A stretch of DNA of 64,000 nucleotides from Eledone cirrhosa (Eukaryota). Made by a program: the position numbers and the translations under genes. Below the pieces are notes generated by a model. It made no database searches, was not told where the DNA came from, and worked only from the letters and a program-made list of their open reading frames with translations. Positions within the stretch are counted from its first letter, which is position 1; each line of letters opens with the position of its first letter. Positions 26,977 through 41,254 of the stretch are shown here, one piece after another. The stretch is taken from the NCBI GenBank assembly GCA_964016885.1, contig OZ024742.1, positions 100,192,001 through 100,256,000 on the forward strand, written 5' to 3'.

Positions 26977-27527
26977 GGTGGCTGCCAACTCGTTTTCAAG
27001 TAGGGCCACTACTTTATATCCATGTAGGAGAACTCTTACCGATGCGCTGAACGAGTGTGACTTTTTAGTCCAGCCAGCGACTTGAAAACTCTGGTACAAA
27101 CATTACACCTGTGACAATTATTGTCACATAGTGCTGGGCCCATGGTACCATGTGACGACAAGTGCATAGAGATCTCCAGATATAAAGCAATACCTGTGCC
27201 GTGAAGCTTTTATAGTGAGCAAAGTCACTGCACAAAGCCAGTCCCACTCTCTTGACCAAGATGATGTTTACCAAAAAGAAGAACAAGTCAACATCATTGG
27301 ATACCATCAGGGTTGCAGGCGTTATATCAGAGTTTTCCTTCTCCTAGAATTCTGCCTTGACAAAGGCTAAGGGGTTATCTCTCCCGGTGATTTTGGATGG
27401 CCATTGACTCTTAACAGCTCCTTTGCCCTTTGACAGGTTTTGTTTTTAGCCCTGCAGGATCTCACCCTCCTCACCAAGAAACCTTGGTGGGGTTGCCAGT
27501 TTAGTCGACAGCAACCCGACCATGAGA
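26977..27527 (-). mobile_element. Non-autonomous RTE-derived element, copy 2
   Basis: Near-identical to 26304-26861; (CATA)n on both sides. Confidence 0.75.
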
Positions 27528-27602
27528 CATACATACATACATACATACATACATACATACATACATACATACATACATACATACATGCATACATACATAC
27601 AT

Positions 27603-30600
27603 AAGTATAAACAATTGAAAATTTCCCTCAGCGAAATCTTCCAGAGAGAGATTAACTCATGTATAAATATCTCTCTGGCTGAACGTGTTAAAGTGACAAT
27701 AGTGAATAAAAAGCCAAATAATGAAATACTACGTGTTATTGACGAAATAGGGGATGAATATTTACGACGGATAAAAACCCCAACATTTTGGCAAATCAAC
27801 GCCTGTTTATATGCCTTAGCAATGACAGTGAAGCATTATCTTGGTGATAGCAGAGATATTAACAAGAACAAAACACCACCAAAAATACCATCATATATAA
27901 CTAAAATAGAAAAAAGATTGCTGACCTACGAAAAAACATAGGACATGTGGTAATGCTCCTTACATGCAAACAAACACAAAAAACCTCACTCCTCACCAAC
28001 AAAGAGTGAAAAATAAAATAGAGACGATGTTTGGTAACAGTAGAACCAGAACTCTCCAATATAAGCTGATCACCCTCAAACAAGAATTGAGAGCTGTTAG
28101 CGAAAAACGCCGATACCTGAAGAAGGTAGATGAGAGAAAAATGCTTAATAAAAGATTCAGACGAAACCAAACATCAGTCTATAGAGAGATGAAGAGCAAA
28201 ATAATAAATGTCACTGAGGCCCCATCCCAGAAAGACATAGATTCCTTTTGGAGAAAAATATGGGGTGAAAAGAAGAATTTCAACCAAGATGCAGTGTGGC
28301 TAAGAGAAATCCGAAAGAACTATTGCTCCTACACTACAACAAAAATATATGAAATAAGTGAGGGTACCCTTGAGACTGTGATAGGAAAACTCCAAGATAA
28401 GAAAACACCAGGAAGAGACATGATTGTCGGCTACTGGTACAAAAAACTGATATTCTATCGGAGGTATCTTACTGACTCTACCAACAAGTTATTAAGGGAG
28501 ATACACTTATACCAGAATGGTTGACATTAACACAAACGTTACTGAACCCCAAGAACAATGACACCCACTTGGCAAAAAACTACCGACCCATTGCATACCA
28601 GAATCTGATGTATAAGATGTAGACAGCCTGCCTGAATCTATTCCTCCAAGATCACTGTGAAAATAATAACATCATCACAGATGAACAAGCAGCTGGAAAG
28701 AAAAGGGCTTGGGGATGTGCTGAACAACTCCTAATCAACAAAACTGCGATGTCGGAGGTGCGACAACTTAGGAGGAATATGACTACAGTCTGGCTGGACT
28801 ACAAGAAAGCTTTCGATTCTGTTCCCCACTCTTGGATGATAGAGGCGTTCCAACTTGCTAAAGTCCCAGACATTATTGTCAGAGCCATAGAGAGGCTGTC
28901 TTCTTCTTGGGCTACTATCCTAAGGTTAAAGACAGAGAAGGAGGACTCTATTTTCACTGATAAAATAAAATATTGCAGGAGTATATTTCAGGGGGACAGT
29001 CTCTCTGTGATATTGTTCATCTTGTCATTAAACCCCTTGTCCTTTCTGCTCAAGAAATGTGAGGGATCCGTCATTGGCTCACAGGAGGACAGAAATACGA
29101 ACCCAACCCATAACTTCTTTGTGGACGATCTGAAACTCTATGCCAAGAACATGGATGGGATGAAGAAAAATCTTGACCTGGTTACAACGTTCTCAAAGGA
29201 TATAGGAATGGAGTTTGGCCAAGATAAATGCTCATACATGACTGTAAAGCGGGGAAAAACAACAACCCAATCTAGCAACATTGTCATCAATAGTCTAACT
29301 GTTTCACCGATATCTGATGAGGACTGCTACAGATACCTGGGGATAGATGAGAACATATCCTATAATGGTATCTGTAATAAAGAACGCGTAACCGGGGAAT
29401 ACTACACCCGATTAAGAAAGATCTGGTCATCGGAACTCCCTGGGCAAAACAAAACAGTGGCTCACAATGTGTTTGCTGTGACTGTCCTAACACCAACGTT
29501 TGGAATACTCAATTGGACTATAGCTGAAATCCGAGCAGTTGATGTTGGAACTCGAAAAATACTGAACAACACCGGAAACTTCCACATCAACAGTGACATA
29601 GACCGCCTTTACTTGAAACGTGAGCAGGGAGGCAGAGGCCTAACATCAGTCCAGACAACATTTGAATGTCGCATCATATCTCTCCGACAACATCTACGTA
29701 CCTCGAAGCGTAGGAGCCCGCTTCTCGAGCAAGTCTATCTGCATGAAACAGATAAGATCATGAGAGTTGGGAAGGAACTCCTTGAGAGATATTCCCTGTG
29801 TGATAATCAAAAACTCACACCCAGGGATGTCGCTCAGAAGTATCGCAGTGAATCCATGGATGAAAAACTGCATGCCTATCAGCAAAAAATCATGCATGGA
29901 TATGTTGCCAGGAAGCTCCAGAGTGAGAGTAATATAGATAAGGAAAGTAGTCTATCTTGGACCAACAACCACTATATTGGCTCCCACTTTGAAGGATACG
30001 CTTTTGCAATCCAAGAAAGGAGATTAGCACGAAATACCTGATTCACAAAAGAGATAGAGATGCAGGCAAAACACCTAGATGTGATAACCAGTGCAGACTC
30101 TGCAGAACTAACATCGAGGATATCACCCATGTCATCAGCAGCTGTCCAAAGATGTCATCGCTGTACTATCTACCTATGAGGCATGATGTAGTGGCCAAAA
30201 CACTGTACAATGCAGTTCGTAAAAAAATAGCCCCTATAATAAACACATTAAAAGCTACAACCATGTGGAAGACATCCATGTACATAATATGAAAGAGTAC
30301 TGGTGGAATGTTCCAGTAAAAACCCCAATAAGATGCAGGCATAATAGACCAGATATTATGATATGGGACAGAGAGAAGTAAAAATGCACAGTAGCGGAAA
30401 TTAGCTGCCCAGCAGATGCCAATATAATATCAAAGATTAGTGAAAAGGAGAATATTTATGCAGAACTGATGAGAAATCTGCAGATACTCCACCCTGATTA
30501 CACCTTCAGATTTATGCCTGTGATTATTGGGGCACTGGGATATGTTAGTAACTGCCTCAATACGAATCTTGAGAAGCTAGGCTTCACAGGAACAGAAAGA

Positions 30601-30912
30601 ACACAACTAGTTAGGAAATTGCAAGTACAATCCATCAATGGAACAGTAAAAATATGTAAAACATTCCAAAAATGTTGCATATAATAACTGCATATATACA
30701 TGTACAGATACAAAGCATATACACATGCAAACATACAACTCAAAACATGCACATCCACACATACAATAACATCCATATCTACACATGCATGCATACATAC
30801 ATATCTACCGTGTTGATGTTGTGTAAATTCCAATGAGAGAGTCTTGTGTCTATGTTAGAAACCGACTCTCTCTCTATTGGTAAAACTTTGTGAAATTATA
30901 AAACCAGAAGAA
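27603..30912 (+). mobile_element. R4/Dong-clade RLE LINE family B, copy 1 (5'-truncated, disrupted)
   Basis: ORF pieces 27522-27941, 27964-28524, 28749-30041 (WLDYKKAFDSVPH, IFQGDSLS, FFVDDLKL), CRLC..HVISSC, RHD, RPDIMIWD, and 30469-30684. Ends agaagaa-(CATA)n. Confidence 0.92.
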
Positions 30913-30987
30913 CATACATACATACATACATACATACATACATACATACATACATACATACATACATACATACATACATACATACAT

Positions 30988-31391
30988 GGTGGCTGCCAAC
31001 TCGTTTTCGAGTACGGCCATTACTTTATAACCATGTAGGAGAACCCTTACCCATGCGCTGAACGAGTGTGACTTTTTAGTCCAGCCAGCGACTTGAAAAC
31101 TCTGGTACAAACACTACACCTGTGACAATTATTGTCACATAGTGCTGGGCCCATGGTACCATGTGACGACAAGTGCAGAGAGATCTCCAGATATAAAGCA
31201 ATGCCTGTGCCGTGAAGCTTTTATAGTGAGCAAAGGCACTGCACAAAGCCAGTCCCACTCTCTTGACCAAGATGATATTTACCAAAAAGAAGAACAAGTC
31301 AACATCATTGGATACCATCAGGGCTGCAGGTGTTATATCATAGTTTTCCTTCTCCTAGAATTCTGCCTTGACAAAGGCTAAGGGCTCATCT
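30988..31391 (-). mobile_element. Non-autonomous RTE-derived element, 5'-truncated copy 3
   Basis: Matches 26304-26707. Confidence 0.75.
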
Positions 31392-31569
31392 CATACAAAC
31401 AAACATACATACAAACATACATACAAACATACATACATACAACCATACAACCATACATACATACAAACATACATACATACATACATACATACAAACATAC
31501 ATACATATATATGTACCTATGTAGCTACATACATACATATATACATACATACATACATACATATATACA

Positions 31570-31792
31570 GGTTATATTACAACCCGCTTGGACCAAAGTA
31601 TGACTGAACTTGGATTTGCGGACAAAGAGCGTTGCTCCTTAATTCATAGTCTACAAATGGTTGCGATAGCTGGCACCTTCAAAATTTGCAAAACATTCTT
31701 GCGATTCATGGGATGACAATTTCTTTTCTTTTACAACCTTGCCACCAGGAAGGTGGCCGGTCAAAAAAATATACTCGAAATTAAGAGAAAAA
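31570..31792 (+). mobile_element. Short 3' fragment of R4-type family A
   Basis: Matches ~25966-26192 (C-terminal KICKTFLRF plus 3' UTR); CATA-type repeats on both sides. Confidence 0.9.
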
Positions 31793-31866
31793 GACATAGA
31801 TACATACAAAACAAACATACATACATACAAACATACATACATACATACAAACATACATACATACAT

Positions 31867-32092
31867 GGTGGCTGCCAACTCGTTTTCGAGTACGGCCACT
31901 ACTTTATATCCATGTAGGAGAACCCCTACCAGGGTTGCAGGTGTTATATCAGAGTTTTCCTTAACAAAGGCTAAGGGGTCATCTCTCCCGGTGATTTTGG
32001 ATGGCCATTGACTCTTAAGAGCTCCTTTGCCCTTTGACAGGTTTTGTTTTTAGTCCTGCAGGATGTTCAAAGTCACCCTCCTCACCAAGAAA
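31867..32092 (-). mobile_element. Internally deleted RTE-derived element, copy 4
   Basis: The 3' ~65 bp are fused to part of the 5' region of the 26304-26861 element. Confidence 0.75.
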
Positions 32093-32104
32093 CATACATA
32101 CATA

Positions 32105-35100
32105 GACAGTTAACGCGATCAGTCGCCTGGTATTTTGGCGTTGGAGACTATTTATTAAATTTAAGATGAATACTATCTCTGACAGTAATGCCACAACTAC
32201 AGTCATGTTGAATAACTGGTTATTCTTCTAACTATATCTTCTGAAGACACCTTTTATTCGAATTCGTAGAGATATTCGACTAAATACATAATTCATTTTA
32301 CAAGGATTTGCTACAAACAGCATGGCTGAACACAACATCAACAAAAAAATTAAGGAAGTACCGAAGACAAATAACAAGGAAGGTAATCAAACTTTATTCA
32401 GTTGTAGCTACAAAAAAAAACGAAATTATAAATCGCATTTCTCTTGGAGTTGCGAACTTAATAATGATTTATTTAATTGTTATAAAATGGCAAAAAAAAA
32501 TCCCTCCATTCGCTATATGAATAGAATGAAGCTACACTGGGATGAAATGCACAAAGAGCTAAATTATTTCACAGCAAAACAATTACGCCAACAAGCGACG
32601 TTTGTTAAACGTAAAAATAAGATGACTATTATTAATTGTAAGTCCCCCACAACAAACATGTTATCAGCAACACGTGCTACAGGTTGCCATGCTACTAGAT
32701 TACCTATCAGCCAGGTCGAACAGCGTCTTGAAACAACTATGTCTGTAAGAAACTTGACACCACCTGTAGCATCTAAGTCTACCTCGAATGCTGTGGAAAA
32801 CACTATCGATAATAATAATAATCGAAGAAATTTGACACCACGTGTACCATCCGAGTCTACCACGACTATTGTAGAAAATACTATCGATAATGATGATCAA
32901 AAGTATAAACAATTGAAAATTTCCCTCAACGAAATCTTCCAGAGAGAAATTAACTCATGTATAAATATCTCTCTTACTGAACGTGTTAAAACGACAATGT
33001 TGTATAAAAAACAAATAATTGTTTCTACTTTAGGCACAAGGCCAGCAATTACTCAGTGCATTACTGGTACTTTATTTTATCGACCCCGTAAGGATGAAAG
33101 GCAAAGTCAACCTCGGCGGGATTTGAACTCAGATCATAAAGGGACGTAACTATGCTGGAAAGCATGTCGTCCGACCCTCTACCGATACTGCCAATCCACC
33201 GCCCTTAAATTTTTTCTGCTTTAGGCACAAGGCCAGCAATTACCCAGTGCATTACTGGTACTTTATTTTATCGACCCCGTAAGGATGAAAGGCAAAGTAA
33301 ACCTCGGCGGGATTTGAACTCAGATCATAAAGGGACGTAACTATGCTGGAAAGCATGTCGTCCGACCCTCTACCGATACTGCCAATCCACCGCCCTTAAA
33401 TTTTTTCTGCTTTAGGCACAAGGCCAGCAATTACCCAGTGCATTACTGGTACTTTATTTTATCGACCCCGTAAGGATGAAAGGCAAAGTCAACCTTGGCG
33501 GGATTTGAACTCAAATTGTAAAGGGACGTAACTATGCTGGAAAGCATGGCGTCCGACCCTCCACCGATACTGCCAATCCACCGCAAAAAACAAATAATGA
33601 AATATTACGTGTTATTGACGAAATAGGGGATGAATATTTACGACGGATAAAAACCCCAGCATTTTGGCAAATCAACGCCTGTTTATATGCCTTAGCAACG
33701 ACAATGAAGCATTATCTTGGTGATAGCAGATATATTAACAAGAACAAAACACCACCAAAAATACCATCATATATAACTAAAATAGAAAAAAAGATTGCTG
33801 ACCTACGAAAAAACATAGGATATGTGACAATGCTCCTTACATGCAAACAAACACAAAAAACCTCACTCCTCACCAACAAAGAGTGAAAAATAAAATAGAG
33901 ACGATGTTTGGTAACAGTAGAACCAGAACTCTCCAATATAAGCTGATCACCCTCAAACAAGAATTGAGAGCTGTTAGCGAAAAACGCCGATACCTGAAGA
34001 AGGTAGATGAGAGAAAAGTGCTTAATAAAAGATTCAGACGAAACCAAACATCAGTCTATAGAGATGTGAAGGGCAAAATAATAAATGTCACTGAGGCGCC
34101 ATCCTAGAAAGACATAGATTCCTTTTGGAGAAAAATATGGGGTGAAAAGAAGAATTTCAACCAAGATGCAATGTGGCTAAGAGAAACCCGAAAGAGCTAT
34201 TGCTCCTACACTACAACAAAAACATACGAAATAAGTGAGGGTACCCTTGAGACTGTGATAGGAAAACTCCAAGATAAGAAAACACCAGGAAGAGACATGA
34301 TTGTCGGCTACTGGTACAAAAAACTGATATTCTATCGGAGGTATCTTACTGACTCTACCAACAAGTTCTTAAGGGAGATACACTTATACCAGAATGGTTG
34401 AGATTAGCACAAACATTACTGGTCCCCAAGAACAAAGACACTCACTTGGCAAAAAATACCATGCCAAAACCTGATGTGTAAGATGTACCTATTCCTCTAA
34501 GATCACTGTGAAAATAATAACATTATCACAAATGAACAAGCAGCTGGAAAGAAAGGGGTTTGGTGATGTGCTGAACAACTCCTAATCAACAAAACTGCGA
34601 TGTCGGAGGTGCGACAACTTAGGAGGAATATGACTACAGTCTGGCTGGACTACAGGAAAGCTTTCGATTCTGTTCCCCACTCTTGGATGATAGTGGCCCT
34701 CCAACTTGCTAAAGTCCCAGACATTATTGTCAGAGCCATAGAGAGGCTGTCTTCTTCTTGGGCTACTATCCTAAGGTTAAAGACAGAGAGGGGGGACTCT
34801 ATTTTCACTGATAAAATAAAATATTGCAGGGGTATATTTCAGGGGGACAGTCTCTTTGTGGTATTATTCAACTTGTCATTAAACTCCCTGTCCTTTCTGC
34901 TCAAGAAATGTGAGGGATACATTGGCCCACAGGAGGACAGAAATACGAACCTAACCCATAATTTCTTTGTGGACGATCTGAAACTCTATGCCAAGAACAT
35001 GGATGGGATGAAGAAAAATCTTAACCTGGTTACAACGTTCTCAAAGGATATAGGAATGGAGTTTGGCAACAACCCAATCTAACAACATTGTCATCAAAGG

Positions 35101-36698
35101 CCTAACTGTTACACCGATATCTGCTGATGACTGCTACAGATAGCTGGGGATAGATGTGAACATATCATATAATGGTATCTGTAATAAAGAACGCGTAACC
35201 AGGGAATACTACACCCGATTAAGAAAGATCTGGTCATCGGAACTCTCTGCGCAAAACAAAACAGTGGCTCACTATGTGTTTGCTGTGCCTGTCCTAACAC
35301 CAACTTTTGGAATACTCAATTGGACGATAGACGAAATCCAAGCAGTTGTTGTTGGAACTCGAAAAATACTGAACAACACCGGAAACTTCCACATCAACAG
35401 GGACATAGACCGCCTTTACTTGAACGTAAGCAGGGAGGCAGAGGCCTAACATGAGTCCAGACAACATTTGAATGTCGCATCATATCTCTCCGACAACATC
35501 TACGAACCTCGAAGCCTAGGAGCCGTTTCTCGAGCAAGTCTATCTGCATGAAACAGATAAAATCATGAGAGAGATATTCCCTCTGTGATAATCAAAAACT
35601 CACACCCAGGGATGTCGCTCAGCAGTATCGCAGTGAATCCATGGATGAAAAACTGCATGCGTATCAGCAAAAAATCATGCATGGATATGTTGCCAGGAAG
35701 CTCCAGAGTGAGAGTAATATAGATAAGGAAAGTAGTCTATCTTGAACCAACAACCGCTATATTGGCTCCCACTTTGAAGGATACGCTTTTGCAATCCAGG
35801 AACAGGAGATTAGCACGAAATACCTGATTCACAAAAGAGATAGGGATGCAGGCAAAACACCTAGATGTGATAACCAGTGCAGACTCTGCAGAACTAACAT
35901 CGAGGATATCACCCATGTCATCAGCAGCTGTCCAAAGATGTCATCGCTGTACTATCTACCTATGAGGGATGATGTAGTGGCCAAAACACTGTACAATGCA
36001 GTTCGTAAAAAAGATAACCCCGATAATAAATACATTAAAAGCTACAGCAATGAGGAAGACATCCATATATATAATGTGAAAGAGTACTGGTGGAATGTTC
36101 CAGTAAAAACCCCAATAAAATGCAGGCATAACAGACCAGATATTATGATATGGGACAGGGAGAAGAAAGCATGCACAGTAGTGGAAATTAGCTGCCCAGC
36201 AGATGCCAATATAATATCAAAGATTAGTGAAAAGGAGAACATTTATGCAGAAATGATGAGAAATCTGCAGATACTCCACCCTGATTACACCTTCAGATTT
36301 ATGCCTGTGATTATTGAGGCACTGGGATATGTTAGTAACTGCCTCAATACAAATCTTGAGAAGCTAGGCTTCACAGGAACAGAAAGAACACAACTAGTTA
36401 GGAAATTACAAGTACAATCCATTAATGGAACAGTAAAACTATGTAAAACATTCCAAAAAATGTTGCATCTAATAACTGCATATACACATGTACAGATACA
36501 AAGCATATACACATGCACACATACAACTCAAAACATACACATCCTCACATACAATAACATCCATATCTACACATGCATGCATACATACATATCTACCTTG
36601 TTGATGTTGTGTAAATTCCAATGAGAGTCTTGTGTCTATGTTAGAAACTGACTCTCTCTCTCTTGGTAAAACTTTGTGAAATTATAAAACCAGAAGAA
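32105..36698 (+). mobile_element. R4/Dong-clade RLE LINE family B, copy 2 (apparently full length, disrupted, SINE trimer inserted)
   Basis: N-terminal FSWSCELNNDLFNCYKMA..RYMNRMKLHWDEMH segment typical of R4/Dong ORFs; RT at 34600-35082; RLE at 35938-36624. Colinear with 27603-30912; CATA repeats at both ends. Confidence 0.9.
33020..33584 (-). mobile_element. Head-to-tail SINE family 1 trimer with a single 14-bp TSD
   Basis: Three ~192-bp units; aaaaaacaaataat at 33006-33019 and 33585-33598. The uninterrupted site is visible in LINE copy 1 near 27706-27722. Confidence 0.92.
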
Positions 36699-37583
36699 CA
36701 TACAAACATACATACATACATACAAACATACATACATCTGGAGAGAAGGATTACGTGGATGCTGTTGTCCATTAGTTTAGAGACGAGACGTGAAAAATCT
36801 TAGATTCACCTCATGGGGTAAATTGAAACACGCTACGAAATCCTCTTTCACGCTAACCCAATCCTCTAACACAAACAATAGGAACATATTTCTTAGAAGG
36901 CCCTGTAACATTTAGACTATGTTGGTGAAATATGTGTGTAAGTGTGTTTGTGTTTGTGTTTGTGTGTTCGCGCGCGCGTTCGTGTGTGTTTGCGTGTGTG
37001 TGCGCGCGCGCGTTCGTGTGTGTGTGTGTGTGTGTATGTGTGCGAGTGTGTGTGTGTATGTGTGTGTTTGCGCGCGTGTGTGTGTGTGTTTGCGTGTGTG
37101 TGTGTGTGTCTGTGTGTGTGTGTGTGTGTGTGCGTGCATACGTGTGTATATATATGTGTATGTGTATGTGTGTGTGTGTGTGTGTGTGCGAATGCCTGGA
37201 ATTTAACAGTGGAATCTTGTCTCTTCGTTAGAGAAAATACATTTGATAGAGAAAATATTAAGGAAGTAAGCCTTAGTCTGGTATCATTAGTGCAATTGGC
37301 TATGTGACAACATGTCTTCAGGGCAACCTGGAATTATTGGATTGGATTTTACAATGGAACTCATCATAGTTTATTTGTTTCTTTGTTAGTTTCTTCTTTT
37401 TTTTTTCTGTTTTGCTTTCTTGTTTAGCTTAGTTAGTGACTGAGTTACTGAGTGACTGGTCCTGGCTTGTTCATGATGGCGGAAGTGGACATATTTAAAA
37501 TTATATTATCACATGAAATATACAGCCTGGGCAAAAACAGAAAGACACATATACGCATATACGTACATAAACACACCCACCCA

Positions 37584-37630
<47 letters not shown>

Positions 37631-37777
37631 ATATATGTATATGTATATATGTATAAATATATATATTTGTGTATGTATATATATGTGTGTATATATGCAT
37701 ATATATATATGTGTGTGTGTATATATTAATATATATGTATATATATATATATGTATATCTGTATATATATATATATA

Positions 37778-37833
<56 letters not shown>

Positions 37834-38369
37834 TATATATATATATATATAGGGGTAGAGAGATCAGGAGACGGATGAAAGCGGGAGAGGGGGAGTGCGG
37901 AAAAGTGAAGTGGAGAGTTGGAGACGGGGTGAGAGAGATATGATATATGTATGTAAGCACATACGCATATATATGTTTGTAGAAATAGTGAAAGAGAGGT
38001 ATGTTTATATGTTTGTATGTGTGTAATAATAAATATGGTAATGCACTAATTTGCTCCGTCACAACTGTGACATTAACATTTTTATATCAATTATAGTTAG
38101 CACTGTATATATTACTAATGCCAATGCCTTGCCATAGTACATTCAGCCCCAAAAGTAGGAGCCGCTTGTGAGATCAGGCCAATATTTTCTTTAGTATTTC
38201 CATTGCCGATACAATTTGTCGGTCGCAACTCCGGGCAGAAGGAGGAGTGATTTTTAACTGACAGTACCCAGGAGCTGTATCAGACACTGGAAAACCCTCT
38301 ATACTTCCCTCCGACCAACTTTTAATAGTTCCTCCGATTTGATCATTTACTTATCGACTCCTAAATAAT

Positions 38370-38551
38370 TGTTTCTACTTTTGGCACAAGGCCAGCAAAT
38401 TACCCAGTACATTACTGGTACTTTATGTAATCGACCCCGTAAGGATGAAAGGCAAAATTAACCTCGGTGGGATTTGAACTCAGAATGGCAAGGGCCGTAA
38501 CTCTATGCTGCAAAGCATAGTGTCCGACCCTCTACCGACATGTCAATCCAC
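38370..38551 (-). mobile_element. SINE family 1 copy with 15-bp TSD, nested in an older SINE relic
   Basis: cgactcctaaataat at 38355-38369 and 38552-38566; the flanks continue a decayed SINE (ttatcgactcc...ggcgggatttgaact). Confidence 0.88.
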
Positions 38552-39403
38552 CGACTCCTAAATAATGAAATTAAAATTGAAATTGGCGGGATTTGAACTG
38601 AACTCAGAGCTCACTGAGGAAGAACACATACCGAGGCATTATCTTCGACACCTTTGTAATCGTGGTACTGATTGTAAGTCACGAGGCTGGGGGCGTGAGG
38701 GACTCCATGTATTAAGGTAAATGGATGGTGTGGTTAAATTGGAAACCATTTCTATTGGGAATAAATATGTACATCCTTACTAATATATTGCTTAAACGTG
38801 GTTTCATCACGTTCCCCATCAAAATATGATAACACGTGGCAAGAAGGGACAACGGAAGACAAAAAACAAGGAGATATCTCTTATCGTCAGATAACAGTTG
38901 GAGATCGTTATGATTTCTCTTCTTTAAAGTTAGAACCGTACCCTCCAGCACATACGAGATTTCCATGCGACAAAAAAATAAGATGACAAAATATTGTAAC
39001 GTATGGCAGAGTGTATGTTGACGACTAAGTGCAGTATTAAGGTAAAAGTGTACATACAACCCAAGGTGCTTCTAACTGAGATCGGAAAGTGTCGAAACGA
39101 GGTACAGTATACAACAAAATAGCCATGAGGAAAGGCAGAGAGTAAATATAGAAAAAAAAATATATATATATATATAGAATAGAATGAAACGAAATTTCAT
39201 TTCTCACTCTTATATATATATATATATACGTATGAATATATGTATAAGTATGCATACATATATGTAAGTGTGTATGTATGCATGTAAATATTTATGTACG
39301 TATCTACGTAAGTATATATGTATACATATATGTGTGTGTTTGTGTGTGTGCGTATATGTGTGCGAGTATATATATGTGTGCATGTGCGTATATATATATA
39401 TAT

Positions 39404-39454
<51 letters not shown>

Positions 39455-39883
39455 GAGGGGGGACTGGATGGGAGAGAGGAGACTATGGAAATGGTATCTC
39501 AGGAATTTGATCGTTTGATCAATGAACCAGGAATGACAACGATGGCGGTGGGAATATAATCGTTAGGGGGAGGGGGTTCTTTCTCATTTGTTTTTAATAA
39601 ATGCATATATTTCTTTATTGATTTTTTTTTTTTTCGTGTTCTTTTGTTTTTTATGAAAATGCTGCTTAACAGATAAATGTTTCTTGAGAGAAGATATAAG
39701 ACTTGGCTCCCTAGATATCAAGAATGGTGGAAATAGGAAACATGTTCATACACAAAAAAAAGAAAAGACGTCGTTATTTTATCTGGGACTAATATATTCA
39801 GCATCTGTCATTATAGTCCTACATTTCCAGGGGATGCCTCATAACAGCTCTTTATGATTTGAATCTTTGGCATTGATATATTG

Positions 39884-39930
<47 letters not shown>

Positions 39931-40020
39931 TATAATATTTGTAACACTCGACATGTCTTGTCTCTCTCCGTATGTATTTATGTATCTATCTATCCATCTC
40001 TCTCTCCCCTCTTATATATA

Positions 40021-40348
<328 letters not shown>

Positions 40349-40512
40349 ATATATATATATATGGGGGGAGGGGTCTGTATGTGTGTGTGTGTATTCATAT
40401 ATTCAAACATACATATATACAAATTTATTTAGCAGTAGCACTAAGACAGTGTTAAGCATTATATGGGTGTATATGAAATCATATACTATTTGTTTATTGT
40501 ATATAAGCATAT

Positions 40513-40567
<55 letters not shown>

Positions 40568-40724
40568 GTATATATATATATATATATATATACTGTCAAT
40601 TGATTAGAAGCAGCCAAGTTTGGACTGTATGCTAGTGAACATTTCCAGCTGATGTTTTCTAATGCTATATGCAAATGAGCATCCCCAGCAAATGTTATTT
40701 CGTCTCCATCCTACATACATACAT

Positions 40725-41170
40725 GATGGCTGCAACTCGATTTCGAGTAATACAATCGCTTGATACTTAATCATGAACATCACGGAGGTGGCCGTATAGT
40801 CCCGCAAGGGACTTGGCTATGGCCAGCAATATCATGCATTGCAAAAAATGTTACATATCAATTGATGCCTGTGTTTCAAGCTTTTTTAAGTGAGGAAAGA
40901 CTTCGCAGGGGCCAATCCCACTCTCTGAACATCGAATGCATTTACCCAAAAAGAAGAACTGGTTTACATCATTGGATGTAAACGAAGTTGCAGAGATGCC
41001 TTAATGAAGACTAGGAGTCTCTCGCTCCGCAAAAAAAAATTTATTTGGTGGCCATTGTCTTTCCTGAGATCCTCCGCCATTTGACGGGTTTTGTTTTTCA
41101 TCCTGCAGGGTGTCCAAAATCAGCCTCTTCACCAAGCAGGCTTGGTTTTGGACAGTCTGCTGGATGGAAA
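40725..41170 (-). mobile_element. Divergent non-autonomous RTE-derived element between (CATA)n tracts
   Basis: Homologous to the 26304 family (ttttgtttt..tcctgcagg.tgtccaaa...tcaccaag; caactcg.tttcgagta). Confidence 0.7.
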
Positions 41171-41254
41171 ACATACATACATACATACATACATACATAC
41201 ATACATACATACATACATACATACATACATACATACATACATACATACATCATA

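Noticed and set aside
29313-29345. CTGATGA hammerhead core
   Set aside because: Lies in LINE coding sequence (ISDEDCY) with no following GAAA or stems.
26193-32104. CRISPR-like repeat/spacer alternation
   Set aside because: The repeats are variable-length microsatellites, the spacers are retroelement copies, and the context is eukaryotic with no cas genes.
38790-38895. Minus-strand CTGACGA...GAAACCACGTT motif
   Set aside because: The stem II base and stem I do not pair convincingly.
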